Positions 1 to 9,868 of a stretch of 64,000 nucleotides of DNA are shown here, one piece after another. Position numbers and translations under genes: made by a program. The notes beneath the pieces are model-generated. The model had not been told where the DNA came from and did no database searches. It saw nothing but the letters and a program-made list of their open reading frames with translations. Position 1 is the stretch's first letter; each line of letters begins with the position of its first letter. This DNA comes from an uncultured Arcobacteraceae bacterium (GTDB taxonomy: Bacteria > Campylobacterota > Campylobacteria > Campylobacterales > Arcobacteraceae): positions 128,001-192,000 of the forward strand of contig CAXHZO010000003.1 of assembly GCA_964022095.1 (NCBI GenBank), written 5' to 3'.

Positions 1-2
1 TT

Positions 3-479
3 AAAAAAATCCAAAAGCCAATAAGCAATCAAAAAATGATTGATGGCTTAAATAAAGTATCAAAAGCAAATATTAAAATATCAGCAACTGTTATTTTAGG
101 TATAGCAGGCAAAGAGTACTCATCTGAACATATAAAAGATAGTGCAGATATAATAAACAATACAACTATTACTTATTTATCTACCTTGCAATTAATGTTA
201 ACTGATTATACATATGAGAAATTTCAAAAAAGATTTGAAGGTAAATTTCAAATGCTAAATGAGCTAGAGATGCTAAAAGAACAAAAACTTTTTTTAGAGA
301 ATTTAAATCCTAAAAACAAAGTAATATTTAGATCCAACCATGTATCAAATTCATATGCCTTAGCAGGGACATTAACTAAAGATAATAATAGGTTAATAAA
401 TGAAATAGATGAGGTAATATCTTATTTACAAAAAAATCCTCATCTTATTAATACTTATTCAAATAAGATGAAATTATAA
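3..479 (+). CDS. Radical SAM family protein, C-terminal part (5' end outside window)
   Basis: Frame is open from position 3; the ILGIAG and FRSNHVSN-x-x-x-LAGTL motifs resemble the C-terminus of a radical SAM subfamily; the CxxxCxxC motif is not in the window. Confidence 0.65.
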   Translation, partial: KKIQKPISNQKMIDGLNKVSKANIKISATVILGIAGKEYSSEHIKDSADIINNTTITYLSTLQLMLTDYTYEKFQKRFEGKFQMLNELEMLKEQKLFLENLNPKNKVIFRSNHVSNSYALAGTLTKDNNRLINEIDEVISYLQKNPHLINTYSNKMKL

Positions 480-498
480 ATAAAAATAAAGAGGCAAA

Positions 499-1578
499 AT
501 GTTAAAAAAATTAATTCTACCAATACTTCTTATATCAGTACTAGGTGCAAATGAAAATTATACTAAAGAAAAAATTGAAAAAATGATTGCAAAGATGGTT
601 GTTTTAGGTTTTAAAGGTGAAAGTATTAATAGTACTGACAAAATATATAATGATATTAATTTAGGTTTAGGTGGTGTTATTCTTTTTGATAAAGATCCCA
701 CAAATAAGAAGAAGATTAAAAATATCAAAAATCCCCAACAGCTTAAGAACCTAACTTCGCAACTTCAGTCAATTACACAAAGAAAACTTTTAATTGCAAT
801 TGATCAAGAAGGTGGAATAGTGCAAAGAATGAAAAAGTCAAATGGCTTTGAAAATACTTTAAAAGCAAAAGAAATAGGTACAAAAGGTATTGCTTTTGCA
901 AAAGAGTCTTACTCCTCTTTAGCAACGATGTTAAGCTTTAATGGAGTAAATCTTAACTTTGCACCAGTTGTTGATTTGGCTGTAAATAAAAACAATACTG
1001 TAATTTATAAACTTGGAAGATCATATGGCAAAAACCCAAGAAAAGTTACTCAATATGCCTCAGTTTTTGTAGATGAGTTAAAAAAACAAGATGTAATTTC
1101 TGTTTTAAAGCACTTTCCAGGTCATGGTTCATCTTTGGCTGATTCACACAAAGGATTTGTTGATATTACAAATACTTGGAATAAAAAAGAGCTGGAGCCA
1201 TATAAAGAGTTTATCAAAAACAAAAATGTAGATATGATTATGACTGCTCATGTTTATAATAAGAATTTAGATTACAGATACCCTGCAACACTTTCTTATA
1301 ATATTAATACAAAGTTATTGAGAAAAGAGTTAGGATTTAAAGGTGTACTTATAACTGATGATCTACAGATGTACGCAATCTCAAAACATTATGATTTAAA
1401 AACGACTTTAAAACTTGCTATTAATTCAGGTGTTAATATGCTTTTATTTGCTAATCAACAAGCAAAAGAAATAAGTTTAGAAAAGATTATAAATACAGTT
1501 TATTCATTAATTTTAAGTGAAGAGATTAATTTAGAAAGAATAATAAGTTCAAATAAAAAAATAGATAAGTTACTTTAA
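499..1578 (+). CDS. nagZ: Glycoside hydrolase family 3 beta-N-acetylhexosaminidase (NagZ-like, secreted)
   Basis: IDQEGG, KHFPGHG, DSH and ITDDLQM motifs; N-terminal signal peptide. Confidence 0.85.
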   Translation: MLKKLILPILLISVLGANENYTKEKIEKMIAKMVVLGFKGESINSTDKIYNDINLGLGGVILFDKDPTNKKKIKNIKNPQQLKNLTSQLQSITQRKLLIAIDQEGGIVQRMKKSNGFENTLKAKEIGTKGIAFAKESYSSLATMLSFNGVNLNFAPVVDLAVNKNNTVIYKLGRSYGKNPRKVTQYASVFVDELKKQDVISVLKHFPGHGSSLADSHKGFVDITNTWNKKELEPYKEFIKNKNVDMIMTAHVYNKNLDYRYPATLSYNINTKLLRKELGFKGVLITDDLQMYAISKHYDLKTTLKLAINSGVNMLLFANQQAKEISLEKIINTVYSLILSEEINLERIISSNKKIDKLL

Positions 1579-1679
1579 ATCTCATAAGACTATATATCTA
1601 TAGATTTTTCTAAAAATACTATGCAATTGCTACTTTAAAAGATTAAAATATACTTAATAATAATTTAAAAGGATTGATT

Positions 1680-1976
1680 ATGAAGAAACTTCTTTTGTCT
1701 TTAGTAGCTGTGTGCAGTATTTCTTTTGCTGCAGATTATGACCCTGTAAAAGGTGAAATGTTATCCCTTTCATGTGCTTCATGTCATGGAACAGATGGTA
1801 AATCAGAAGCAATCACTCCATATATTGCTGGTATGAGTAAAGCTGTTATGTATCAAACTTTGTTAGATTATAAAAATGGTAAAAAAACTGGAACTATGAT
1901 GCAAAAGCATGTTAAAGGTTTTACCGATGCTGAATTAGAACAAGTGTCGTACTATTTTTCTAAGATAAAAAGATAA
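1680..1976 (+). CDS. fccA: Monoheme cytochrome c subunit of flavocytochrome c sulfide dehydrogenase
   Basis: Signal peptide, single CASCH heme motif, distal TMMQK Met ligand; directly upstream of fccB. Confidence 0.85.
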   Translation: MKKLLLSLVAVCSISFAADYDPVKGEMLSLSCASCHGTDGKSEAITPYIAGMSKAVMYQTLLDYKNGKKTGTMMQKHVKGFTDAELEQVSYYFSKIKR

Positions 1977-1987
1977 AGGAGTCGATT

Positions 1988-3265
1988 ATGTTAAATAGAA
2001 GAAATTTTAATAAATTACTTGTGGGAACTTTTGCTTTATCTCTTACAGCATGTAACTCATTGACATCTGTAGGTTTACCTAAAAATAAAAAAAGAGTTGT
2101 TGTTGTAGGTGGTGGTTTTGGTGGAGCAACTGCTGCTAAATATCTTAAAAAGTTTGACTCAGAAGTTGAAGTAGTGTTAATTGAACAAAACAAAGAATAC
2201 TATACATGTCCTTTTGGAAATACAGTTATTGCTGGAATTAATGATATCGATTATATTAAGCATGATTATAAAACATTAGAAAAAAAATACAATATTAAAG
2301 TTATTCATGAAAGAGTAAAAAAAGTTGATGGAAGTATTAATAGTGTAATTTTAGAAAATGGTCAAGTTATTGCATATGATAGAGCTATTGTTTCTCCTGG
2401 AATTGATTTTAAATATGAAAAGGGTTATGAAAAAGACTCAGAGCTTTATTCTCCTCATGCATACAAAGCAGGTGCACAAACTTCATTGTTAAGAGAACAA
2501 CTTGAAAAAATGAAAGATGGAGGAACATATGTAATGGTACCTCCTGAAAATCCATTTAGATGTCCTCCTGGACCATATGAAAGAATATCTTTAGTTGCCC
2601 ATTATTTAAAAACAAATAAACCTAATTCAAAAATTATCATTTTAGATCAAAAAAATAAATTCTCTAAACAAGGTCTATTTACTGGTGGTTGGGAAGAACT
2701 ATATGGTGATATGATTGAGTGGCGAAGTGCAGAATTTGGTGGAAAAGTTTCAAAAGTTGATCCAAAAAATAGAGTTTTAACAACGGAAGATGGAGAAATT
2801 AAAGCTGATGTTTTAAACTATATTCCTAATCAAAAAGCTGGACAACTTGCATTTGATTCAGGTTTAACAGATGGTGATTGGTGTCCTATTAATACTAAAA
2901 CATTTGAATCTAAATTAGCGAAAAATGTTCATGTTATTGGTGATGCTTCAATTTCAGCATCTATGCCAAAATCTGGTTTTTCTGCAAATTCTCAAGGTAA
3001 AATTGCTGCACTGCAAATTACAAGATTACTAAAAAAACAAGCACCAGTTAATCCTCCAAAATTAGCTAACACTTGTTATAGTTTAGTCTCTCCTTCATAT
3101 GGGATTTCAGTTGCAGCTGTTTATGAAGCATTTGAAGATAAAATTGTAAAAGTTAAAGGTTCAGGTGGATTAAGTCCAACTAATGCAGATGCTAGTTTCA
3201 GACTTCAAGAAGCAGAGTATGCAAAAGGTTGGTATAAAAATCAAATGGCTGACATCTTCTTATAA
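1988..3265 (+). CDS. fccB: Flavocytochrome c sulfide dehydrogenase flavoprotein subunit (FccB/SoxF)
   Basis: Tat-like NRRNF signal, GGGFGG FAD motif, CPPGPYER, MPKSGFSANSQ and NTCYS motifs. Confidence 0.92.
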   Translation: MLNRRNFNKLLVGTFALSLTACNSLTSVGLPKNKKRVVVVGGGFGGATAAKYLKKFDSEVEVVLIEQNKEYYTCPFGNTVIAGINDIDYIKHDYKTLEKKYNIKVIHERVKKVDGSINSVILENGQVIAYDRAIVSPGIDFKYEKGYEKDSELYSPHAYKAGAQTSLLREQLEKMKDGGTYVMVPPENPFRCPPGPYERISLVAHYLKTNKPNSKIIILDQKNKFSKQGLFTGGWEELYGDMIEWRSAEFGGKVSKVDPKNRVLTTEDGEIKADVLNYIPNQKAGQLAFDSGLTDGDWCPINTKTFESKLAKNVHVIGDASISASMPKSGFSANSQGKIAALQITRLLKKQAPVNPPKLANTCYSLVSPSYGISVAAVYEAFEDKIVKVKGSGGLSPTNADASFRLQEAEYAKGWYKNQMADIFL

Positions 3266-3266
3266 A

Positions 3267-3291
3267 AGATTATAGGGACTCCCTATAATCT
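3267..3291 (+). terminator. Hairpin, probable intrinsic terminator after fccB
   Basis: AGATTATAGGG-act-CCCTATAATCT, perfect 11-bp stem just after the stop codon. Confidence 0.7.
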
Positions 3292-3398
3292 GCTAAATTT
3301 AAATTATTTTTTTTTAAAAACACTAATTTGTTAGACTTGCTATAGTTATTTGATTCTTTTTATGATATTATAAGGTTAGAAAAACATAGGAATTGAAA

Positions 3399-5666
3399 AT
3401 GAAAAAGAAATCTAGCTTTGGGAAAAAACTTTTAGTTAATATTTTAGGAACAGTTTTTGTAGTTGTAGGATTAGCTTCTTTTGCTATCGTAAAATTTTCA
3501 TATGATGCTGCACAAAAAGATGCAGAACACTTTAGAGAAGCATTTGCTGCAAAAAATGCTATGACGATACAATCTGAATTAAATGTAGCCATTTCAGTTG
3601 CTCAGTCATTTGCTTCTAGAGTTCAAGCTGCAGCTGTTAATAATAGCAAAATAAATAAAGATGAGATGATCTCTTTACAAAAGTCTATTTTAAATAATAA
3701 TGATACTATTAATGGTATTTGGTATAGTCCAAAGTATGGAGAAAAACTAACACCAAAAGCTGAAGGTTCTAATGCTGGAGATCTATATGATAATTTAGGA
3801 ATTTTTCATCCATTTATTTCAAAATCAAAAAATGGTTTTGAAATTGTTTCTGGTGCTCCATATGATGAGTCAAAAGGATGGATTAAAGGACCTAAAGATG
3901 CGGGAAAAACTTTTATAACCGCACCTTACTTTTGGGAAATTGCTGGAGTTAATCAATTACTTGTATCTGTTACAGTTCCTATGTATAAAGATGATGAGTT
4001 TATTGGTTCTGTAGGTGTAGATTTTCTTTTAAAAGGTTTATCTAACTTAGCCTCTCGTATTAAGCTATATGAAAATGGATATGGCTTTATTGTTGATAAT
4101 AATGGAATAATAATTGGACATCCTAAAAAAGAACTTCAAAATAAAAAATTACTTGATGTGATAAAAAATGATAAAGATTATGTAGCAATGCTTGAAAAAA
4201 GTAAAAAAGGGGAAAACCATTTTTTCTTTAAAGATTCATCTACTACAGGAGAAATATCTCTTTACTATTCTCAACCATTTAACTTAAAAGATACAGCTAC
4301 GAATTGGACTTTTGTAATTTCTGCACCAAAAGAAGAGTATTTAGCTAATGCTAACTTTATTAGAAATGTTTCTATTATATCTTCAATTCTAAGTTTAATT
4401 GTTATTGCATTGATAATTTTAATTTCTTTAAAACAGTTAAATACTTATTTAGAAAAAATATCTAATGGATTAGAAAGTTTCTTTGAGTTTTTAAATACAA
4501 AAAAATCTGAAACAAAAGAGATTGATATTAATACAACTTGTGAGTTTGGTGTCATGGCACACTCAATAAATGAAAACGTTGATAAAATTAGAATATCTAC
4601 ACAGCAAGATATGGGATTAATTGATGATGTTAAAGATGTAGCTCAAACAATTTCTCAAGGTAAATTTGATAAAAGAGTTAGTAAATCTACTACTACAGAT
4701 TCATTAAATGAATTAAAAGATATTTTAAATCATATGTTAGACCAACTTCAAACACAAGTTGGTAAAGACTTAAATAATATTATTAGTGCTTTAGAGAGTT
4801 ATTCAAATAGAGATTTTACTGTAAAACTTGGTTCAGATTCAGGAAAAGTTGGAACTGAAATAATGCATATGAATGATATGATTACTAAAATGCTTCAAGT
4901 TAGTCAAAACGATGGGCTTTCATTAAAACATAGTGCTAATAATTTATCAAGTAGTGTAAGAACTATCACTAGTAATGCAACTAAACAAGCAGCTTCGTTA
5001 GAAGAAACAGCTGCTTCTATTGATGAGATTACAAGTAATATTGAACAAACAAATATTAAAGCTCAACAAATGAGTTCAATATCAAATGAGACTAGAAATT
5101 CATCAGAAAAAGGTAAACAACTAGCAAGTGATACAGCAAGCTCTATGGATGATATTAATAACACAGTATTAGATATAAATGAAGCTATTACTATGATTGA
5201 TCAAATTGCTTTCCAAACAAATATCTTATCACTAAATGCAGCTGTTGAAGCAGCAACTGCAGGTGAAGCTGGAAAAGGTTTTGCTGTTGTTGCACAAGAA
5301 GTTAGAAATTTAGCAGCAAGAAGTGCAGAAGTTGCAAAAGATATCAAAGATTTAGTTGAGACTGCAACTCAAAAGGCTAATAGTGGTAAAGCTATTAGTG
5401 CAAATATGATTGAAGGCTTTGCAACATTAGAAAGTAAAATTATAGATACAAGTAATTTAATTGATGATGTTGCAACAGCAGCAAATGAACAAAGTTTAGG
5501 AATACAACAAATTTCAAATGCAGTAAGTATGTTAGATAAATTTACTCAAGAAAATGCATCAATAGCAGAAGAAACAAACGATATTGCTATTAAAACTCAA
5601 AAAATATCAGAAGATGTTGTAAATGGTGTAAACCAAAATAACTTTGATGGTAAAAACTTAGGATAA
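3399..5666 (+). CDS. Methyl-accepting chemotaxis protein with dCache sensor domain
   Basis: Two TM segments, Cache-like periplasmic region, IAFQTNILSLNAAVEAATAGEAGKGFAVVAQEVR signalling hairpin. Confidence 0.93.
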   Translation: MKKKSSFGKKLLVNILGTVFVVVGLASFAIVKFSYDAAQKDAEHFREAFAAKNAMTIQSELNVAISVAQSFASRVQAAAVNNSKINKDEMISLQKSILNNNDTINGIWYSPKYGEKLTPKAEGSNAGDLYDNLGIFHPFISKSKNGFEIVSGAPYDESKGWIKGPKDAGKTFITAPYFWEIAGVNQLLVSVTVPMYKDDEFIGSVGVDFLLKGLSNLASRIKLYENGYGFIVDNNGIIIGHPKKELQNKKLLDVIKNDKDYVAMLEKSKKGENHFFFKDSSTTGEISLYYSQPFNLKDTATNWTFVISAPKEEYLANANFIRNVSIISSILSLIVIALIILISLKQLNTYLEKISNGLESFFEFLNTKKSETKEIDINTTCEFGVMAHSINENVDKIRISTQQDMGLIDDVKDVAQTISQGKFDKRVSKSTTTDSLNELKDILNHMLDQLQTQVGKDLNNIISALESYSNRDFTVKLGSDSGKVGTEIMHMNDMITKMLQVSQNDGLSLKHSANNLSSSVRTITSNATKQAASLEETAASIDEITSNIEQTNIKAQQMSSISNETRNSSEKGKQLASDTASSMDDINNTVLDINEAITMIDQIAFQTNILSLNAAVEAATAGEAGKGFAVVAQEVRNLAARSAEVAKDIKDLVETATQKANSGKAISANMIEGFATLESKIIDTSNLIDDVATAANEQSLGIQQISNAVSMLDKFTQENASIAEETNDIAIKTQKISEDVVNGVNQNNFDGKNLG

Positions 5667-5682
5667 ACCTTTCCTAAGTTTT
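5653..5682 (+). terminator. Hairpin overlapping the MCP stop codon
   Basis: AAAACTTAGGA...TCCTAAGTTTT, 11-bp stem. Confidence 0.55.
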
Positions 5683-5711
5683 ATGATTAGAAAAAAGAAA
5701 AAAGGTTAGAT

Positions 5712-8072
5712 ATGAAAGAGAAATTTTTAAAAAAGATACTATCCACTCATTTTATAAAGTTCTCATTAATTCCTATATTAGTAGTTGAGATTACACTTAT
5801 AATTTTATACTTTTCTATTAATAAATATATTGCTTCGAAAAATACTGATTTAATGCTTCAAGAAGCAAAAAATAGTAGTCAAAGTATCCTTAAAAATGAA
5901 GCTGACAAAATTAGCGAAAAATTAAAACAAATATCTGAATATGCAACAATTTTGCAAAAAGAACATGAGTTGGTTTTTGCAAATAGTCAAAATACTTTTT
6001 TACCAAATGGAAAGCCAAGTTTTGATGTAGCACCTAATGGTGTTTTTTATAAAACAAATGAAATTGGCTCAAGTTTATATTATTCTTCAAATACAAAAAT
6101 GACTCAAAAAGAGAAAGATAAAGCAATCTTTACAGAATCAATGGATACAAATTTAAAAAGTATAGTTGATACGAATCCTTTAATTATGGCATCATATTTT
6201 AATAGTTGGGATGATATGAATAGACTTTATCCTTTTATTCCAAAAGTTTATGAGCAGTACGGTCCACATATAAATATGGAAGATTATAATTTTTATTATT
6301 TAGCAGATAAAAAGCATAATCCTGAAAAGAAACCAGCTTGGACTAGTGCATATTTAGATCCTGCAGGAAATGGTTGGATGTTATCTTGTGTGGTACCTAT
6401 TTATAATAATGACTTTTTAGAAGGTGTAACAGGACTTGATATTACAATAGATTCTTTTGTGAAAAATATTTTAGATGCAAAACTTCCTTATGATGCAAGT
6501 CTTTTTCTGGTTGATCAAGAAGGTATGATTATAGCAATGCCTGAAAAAATTGAAAAGCTTCTTGGCTTAAATGAGTTAAAAGAACACCTTTACACAGATG
6601 TATTATTAAAAACAATAGAAAAACCAGAAGAGTATAATATTTTTAAAAATAAATCTCCATTTGCTTCTCACTTTAAAGGTTTAAGTGAAGATAAAGCTCA
6701 AGAGTTAATAATTGATAATACTAAATATTTAACTTTAATGGAAAATGTTGAAGAAACAAATTGGAAAATGATGATATTAGTAGATCAGGATAAATTGTTT
6801 AGTTCAATTGAAGAATTAAAAAGTTTGACTGATAAAATTGGATATCTAGCAATTGGATTACTATTTATATTTTATGTTGTTTTCTTCTATTTTTTACTTA
6901 AAAGAATAAACTTGTTTTCTGATGAAATAACAAAACCAATTGAAGACTTATCTGAACAAACTACACTTTTAACAAAAAGTGAAATTGACTTTGAACCTAT
7001 AAAAAGTGATGTAAAAGAAATTTCACAATTAAGTAGTAATTTTGATTATATGATTAAAGAGTTAACACAAAAAGCTCAAAGTTTAGATAATGCTAGACTT
7101 GCAGCTGAAAGTGCAAATAAATCAAAAGATGAATTTTTGGCAAATATTAGTCATGAACTAAAAACACCATTAAACTCAATAAATGTAATTAGTCAAATTA
7201 TGTGTGGAAATAAAAAAGAAAATTTAAATTTACAAGATATTAAAAACTTAACTATTATCAACAAGTGTGGTAAAGATTTACTAACTTTAATTAATGATAT
7301 TTTAGATTATTCAAAGTTAAATGCAGGGAAACTGCAATTAGATATCCAAGAAGTCAATTTAAAACAGTTAGTTGAAAATATATCTAATAGTTTTGAAAGT
7401 CAATTTAAAGCGAAGAATATCAACTTTGAAGTAAGTATTGATGAAACTTTAGATTTTGTTGATACTGATGAAAAAAGAGTTTCTCAAATCATAAATAACC
7501 TTTTAAGTAATGCTAGTAAATTTACACCTGAAAATAAAACTGTATATTTTAGTATTTTAGATGAAAATGAGTATTTTAAAATTAAAGTTGAAGATCAAGG
7601 AATTGGAATTCCATCGAATAAATTAAAAACTATTTTTGATAGATTTAGTCAAGTTGATGCAACAACAACAAGAAAATTTGGTGGTACAGGATTAGGTTTA
7701 ACTATTTGTAGTGAGCTATCTACTTTATTTGGTGGACAAATAAAAGTAAAAAGTCAAGAGGACAAAGGCTCTATTTTTGAAGTTATATTACCTAAAACAA
7801 TCGGTTCAATAAAAGAAGATATTAAGAATGAAGAAACTCTTATTTTCTTAAATACTAATCCTCTTTCTTTTATTCAACAAGTTGTAGAATTAAAGAAAAC
7901 TTATCATTTAAAACAGGTATTTAAGAAAAAAGAGTTAATTGATTCTTTACAGCAAAATGCATATGATAAAGTCTTAGTAGATAAAGAACATTTATCTACT
8001 GAAGAACTTGAAGAGTTAAATAGACTTATTCCAGATAAATTAGTTTATATACAAAATCTTTTTAGTAAATAA
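5712..8072 (+). CDS. Cache-domain sensor histidine kinase with degenerate C-terminal receiver-like tail
   Basis: FLANISHELKTPL H-box, NLLSNASKFT N-box, DQGIGI and GGTGLGL G-boxes. Confidence 0.9.
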   Translation: MKEKFLKKILSTHFIKFSLIPILVVEITLIILYFSINKYIASKNTDLMLQEAKNSSQSILKNEADKISEKLKQISEYATILQKEHELVFANSQNTFLPNGKPSFDVAPNGVFYKTNEIGSSLYYSSNTKMTQKEKDKAIFTESMDTNLKSIVDTNPLIMASYFNSWDDMNRLYPFIPKVYEQYGPHINMEDYNFYYLADKKHNPEKKPAWTSAYLDPAGNGWMLSCVVPIYNNDFLEGVTGLDITIDSFVKNILDAKLPYDASLFLVDQEGMIIAMPEKIEKLLGLNELKEHLYTDVLLKTIEKPEEYNIFKNKSPFASHFKGLSEDKAQELIIDNTKYLTLMENVEETNWKMMILVDQDKLFSSIEELKSLTDKIGYLAIGLLFIFYVVFFYFLLKRINLFSDEITKPIEDLSEQTTLLTKSEIDFEPIKSDVKEISQLSSNFDYMIKELTQKAQSLDNARLAAESANKSKDEFLANISHELKTPLNSINVISQIMCGNKKENLNLQDIKNLTIINKCGKDLLTLINDILDYSKLNAGKLQLDIQEVNLKQLVENISNSFESQFKAKNINFEVSIDETLDFVDTDEKRVSQIINNLLSNASKFTPENKTVYFSILDENEYFKIKVEDQGIGIPSNKLKTIFDRFSQVDATTTRKFGGTGLGLTICSELSTLFGGQIKVKSQEDKGSIFEVILPKTIGSIKEDIKNEETLIFLNTNPLSFIQQVVELKKTYHLKQVFKKKELIDSLQQNAYDKVLVDKEHLSTEELEELNRLIPDKLVYIQNLFSK

Positions 8073-8080
8073 TTAAAACT

Positions 8081-8746
8081 TTAGTCAATAGACACTAGTT
8101 TATATCCAACTCCTCTAAGGTTTATTATCATCCCATTTTTAAGCTTCTTTTTTAGTTTATGAACAATACTTCTCATACTAACTGCTTCCATTTCTTTACT
8201 ATCCCATACATATTCATGAATCATTTCATTTGTAACAGTATTATTTATGTTTCTAACAAGTAAAGTTAAAAGATGTTTTTCTTTTAATGTTAATTCTATT
8301 TCATGAGTATGTTTAAAAAGTTTTTCTTCTATTAAATCAAAACTAAACTCATATCCTAAGTTTATTGTTTCTGATGAGCTTTTAGTTGTTAAGTGACTTA
8401 ATAAATATTGTACCTTTAAATATAACTCTTCAAAATCAAATGGCTTTTTTATATGATCATTACAACCTAATGCATAGGACTTTTTAATATTTTCAATATC
8501 AATCTCTGCACTAATCATAATAACAGGAACATCTTTATCATTAGATCTAATGATTTCCAATACTTTATGTCCATCAAAGCCTAAAACATTTATATCAAGT
8601 ATGTATAAATCATATTTGCTATTTAAAACTATATCTATAGCTTTATATCCATCACTATAGCTATCAACAAAAAAACCTTTGTTTGATAGGGAGTTTTTTA
8701 TAACTTTATTTAAAGAAAAATCATCTTCAAGCAAAAATATTTTCAT
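8081..8746 (-). CDS. OmpR-family response regulator
   Basis: LLEDD, LDIN and KPF receiver motifs; winged helix ending RGVGY. Confidence 0.92.
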   Translation of the reverse strand: MKIFLLEDDFSLNKVIKNSLSNKGFFVDSYSDGYKAIDIVLNSKYDLYILDINVLGFDGHKVLEIIRSNDKDVPVIMISAEIDIENIKKSYALGCNDHIKKPFDFEELYLKVQYLLSHLTTKSSSETINLGYEFSFDLIEEKLFKHTHEIELTLKEKHLLTLLVRNINNTVTNEMIHEYVWDSKEMEAVSMRSIVHKLKKKLKNGMIINLRGVGYKLVSID

Positions 8747-9792
8747 TAGTTCTCTTTTTTTATTAAGTTTTCTGGGAAGTTGTATTTAAAGGAAGTTCCT
8801 TCTTCATCAGATTTTAGTTCTATTTTTATTTTGTAATTATCACAAATGTCTTTTACAATACTCAATCCCAATCCTAAGCCAACATTAGCTTTTTTTTGTT
8901 GATAGTATGCATTGAAAACTGATTCCACATCTTTTATTCCAATTCCAAAATCTTTTATTTCAATATAATGTTTTTCTAATATTATATCTATAATTGAGTC
9001 TTCTTTTGAGTATTTTATTGCATTTGAAATTGTATTATCAATAACTCTTTCTAAATCATTTTTATCCATTGTTACACTAAACTCTTCATGTATATCAAGT
9101 CCCATATCTATGTTTTTGATATTTGCCATTTCATCAAAGAACATAACCCTTGAAGATAGAAAATTTACTAAATTTATTGTTTGTAAATCTTGGTTTCTTT
9201 GCTCTTTTTTTGTTAGATAGTATAAGTCATTATATATTGATGATAGTGATTTAGATGAAGCTTTTATAGCTTCAAATTGTTCTTTTGGCCCAAGTTGTGA
9301 TTCTAGATTATCGATATTTAGTGAAATAATACTTAGTGGTGTATTCATTTCATGAATGATCTTTTTTAAAAAGAAATCTTGTTGAGTCAGTAGTTTTTCA
9401 ATTGTTTGTTGCTTTTCAAATATTTTTAGTTGAGTTTTTATTCTAGCTTTAATTTCTTCTTTTTCAAAAGGTTTTGTTATATAATCAACTCCACCTACAC
9501 TTAAAGCTTTTACTTTACTTTCAATGTCATCTAAGGCACTAATAAAAATAATAGGGATTTCTTTTAATAATTCATCTTTTTTTAATATATTACATACTTC
9601 AAACCCACTAATCTCAGGCATTTTAATATCAAGCAATATTAGATGAGGAGGATTGAGTTTTGATGATTCTATTGCAAAGTTTGCATCAGTTGTTGCCTTT
9701 ATTAAATAGTTCTCATCTTTTAAAATTTCATTTAGATATTTTAGATTCTCTTTTTTATCATCTATAATTAAGACTGTATATTTTTTATCCAT
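8746..9792 (-). CDS. Hybrid response regulator/histidine kinase (REC-HisKA-HATPase)
   Basis: IIDD, LDIKMP, KPF; HEMNTPL H-box; NAIKYS; GLGLGL. Confidence 0.9.
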   Translation of the reverse strand: MDKKYTVLIIDDKKENLKYLNEILKDENYLIKATTDANFAIESSKLNPPHLILLDIKMPEISGFEVCNILKKDELLKEIPIIFISALDDIESKVKALSVGGVDYITKPFEKEEIKARIKTQLKIFEKQQTIEKLLTQQDFFLKKIIHEMNTPLSIISLNIDNLESQLGPKEQFEAIKASSKSLSSIYNDLYYLTKKEQRNQDLQTINLVNFLSSRVMFFDEMANIKNIDMGLDIHEEFSVTMDKNDLERVIDNTISNAIKYSKEDSIIDIILEKHYIEIKDFGIGIKDVESVFNAYYQQKKANVGLGLGLSIVKDICDNYKIKIELKSDEEGTSFKYNFPENLIKKEN

Positions 9793-9868
9793 GTGTTTAT
9801 TCTTTTATATTAGCTGGTTTGGTTAAGATTATAGAATAATTGATATAAAAACAAATTTAGGATTTTTA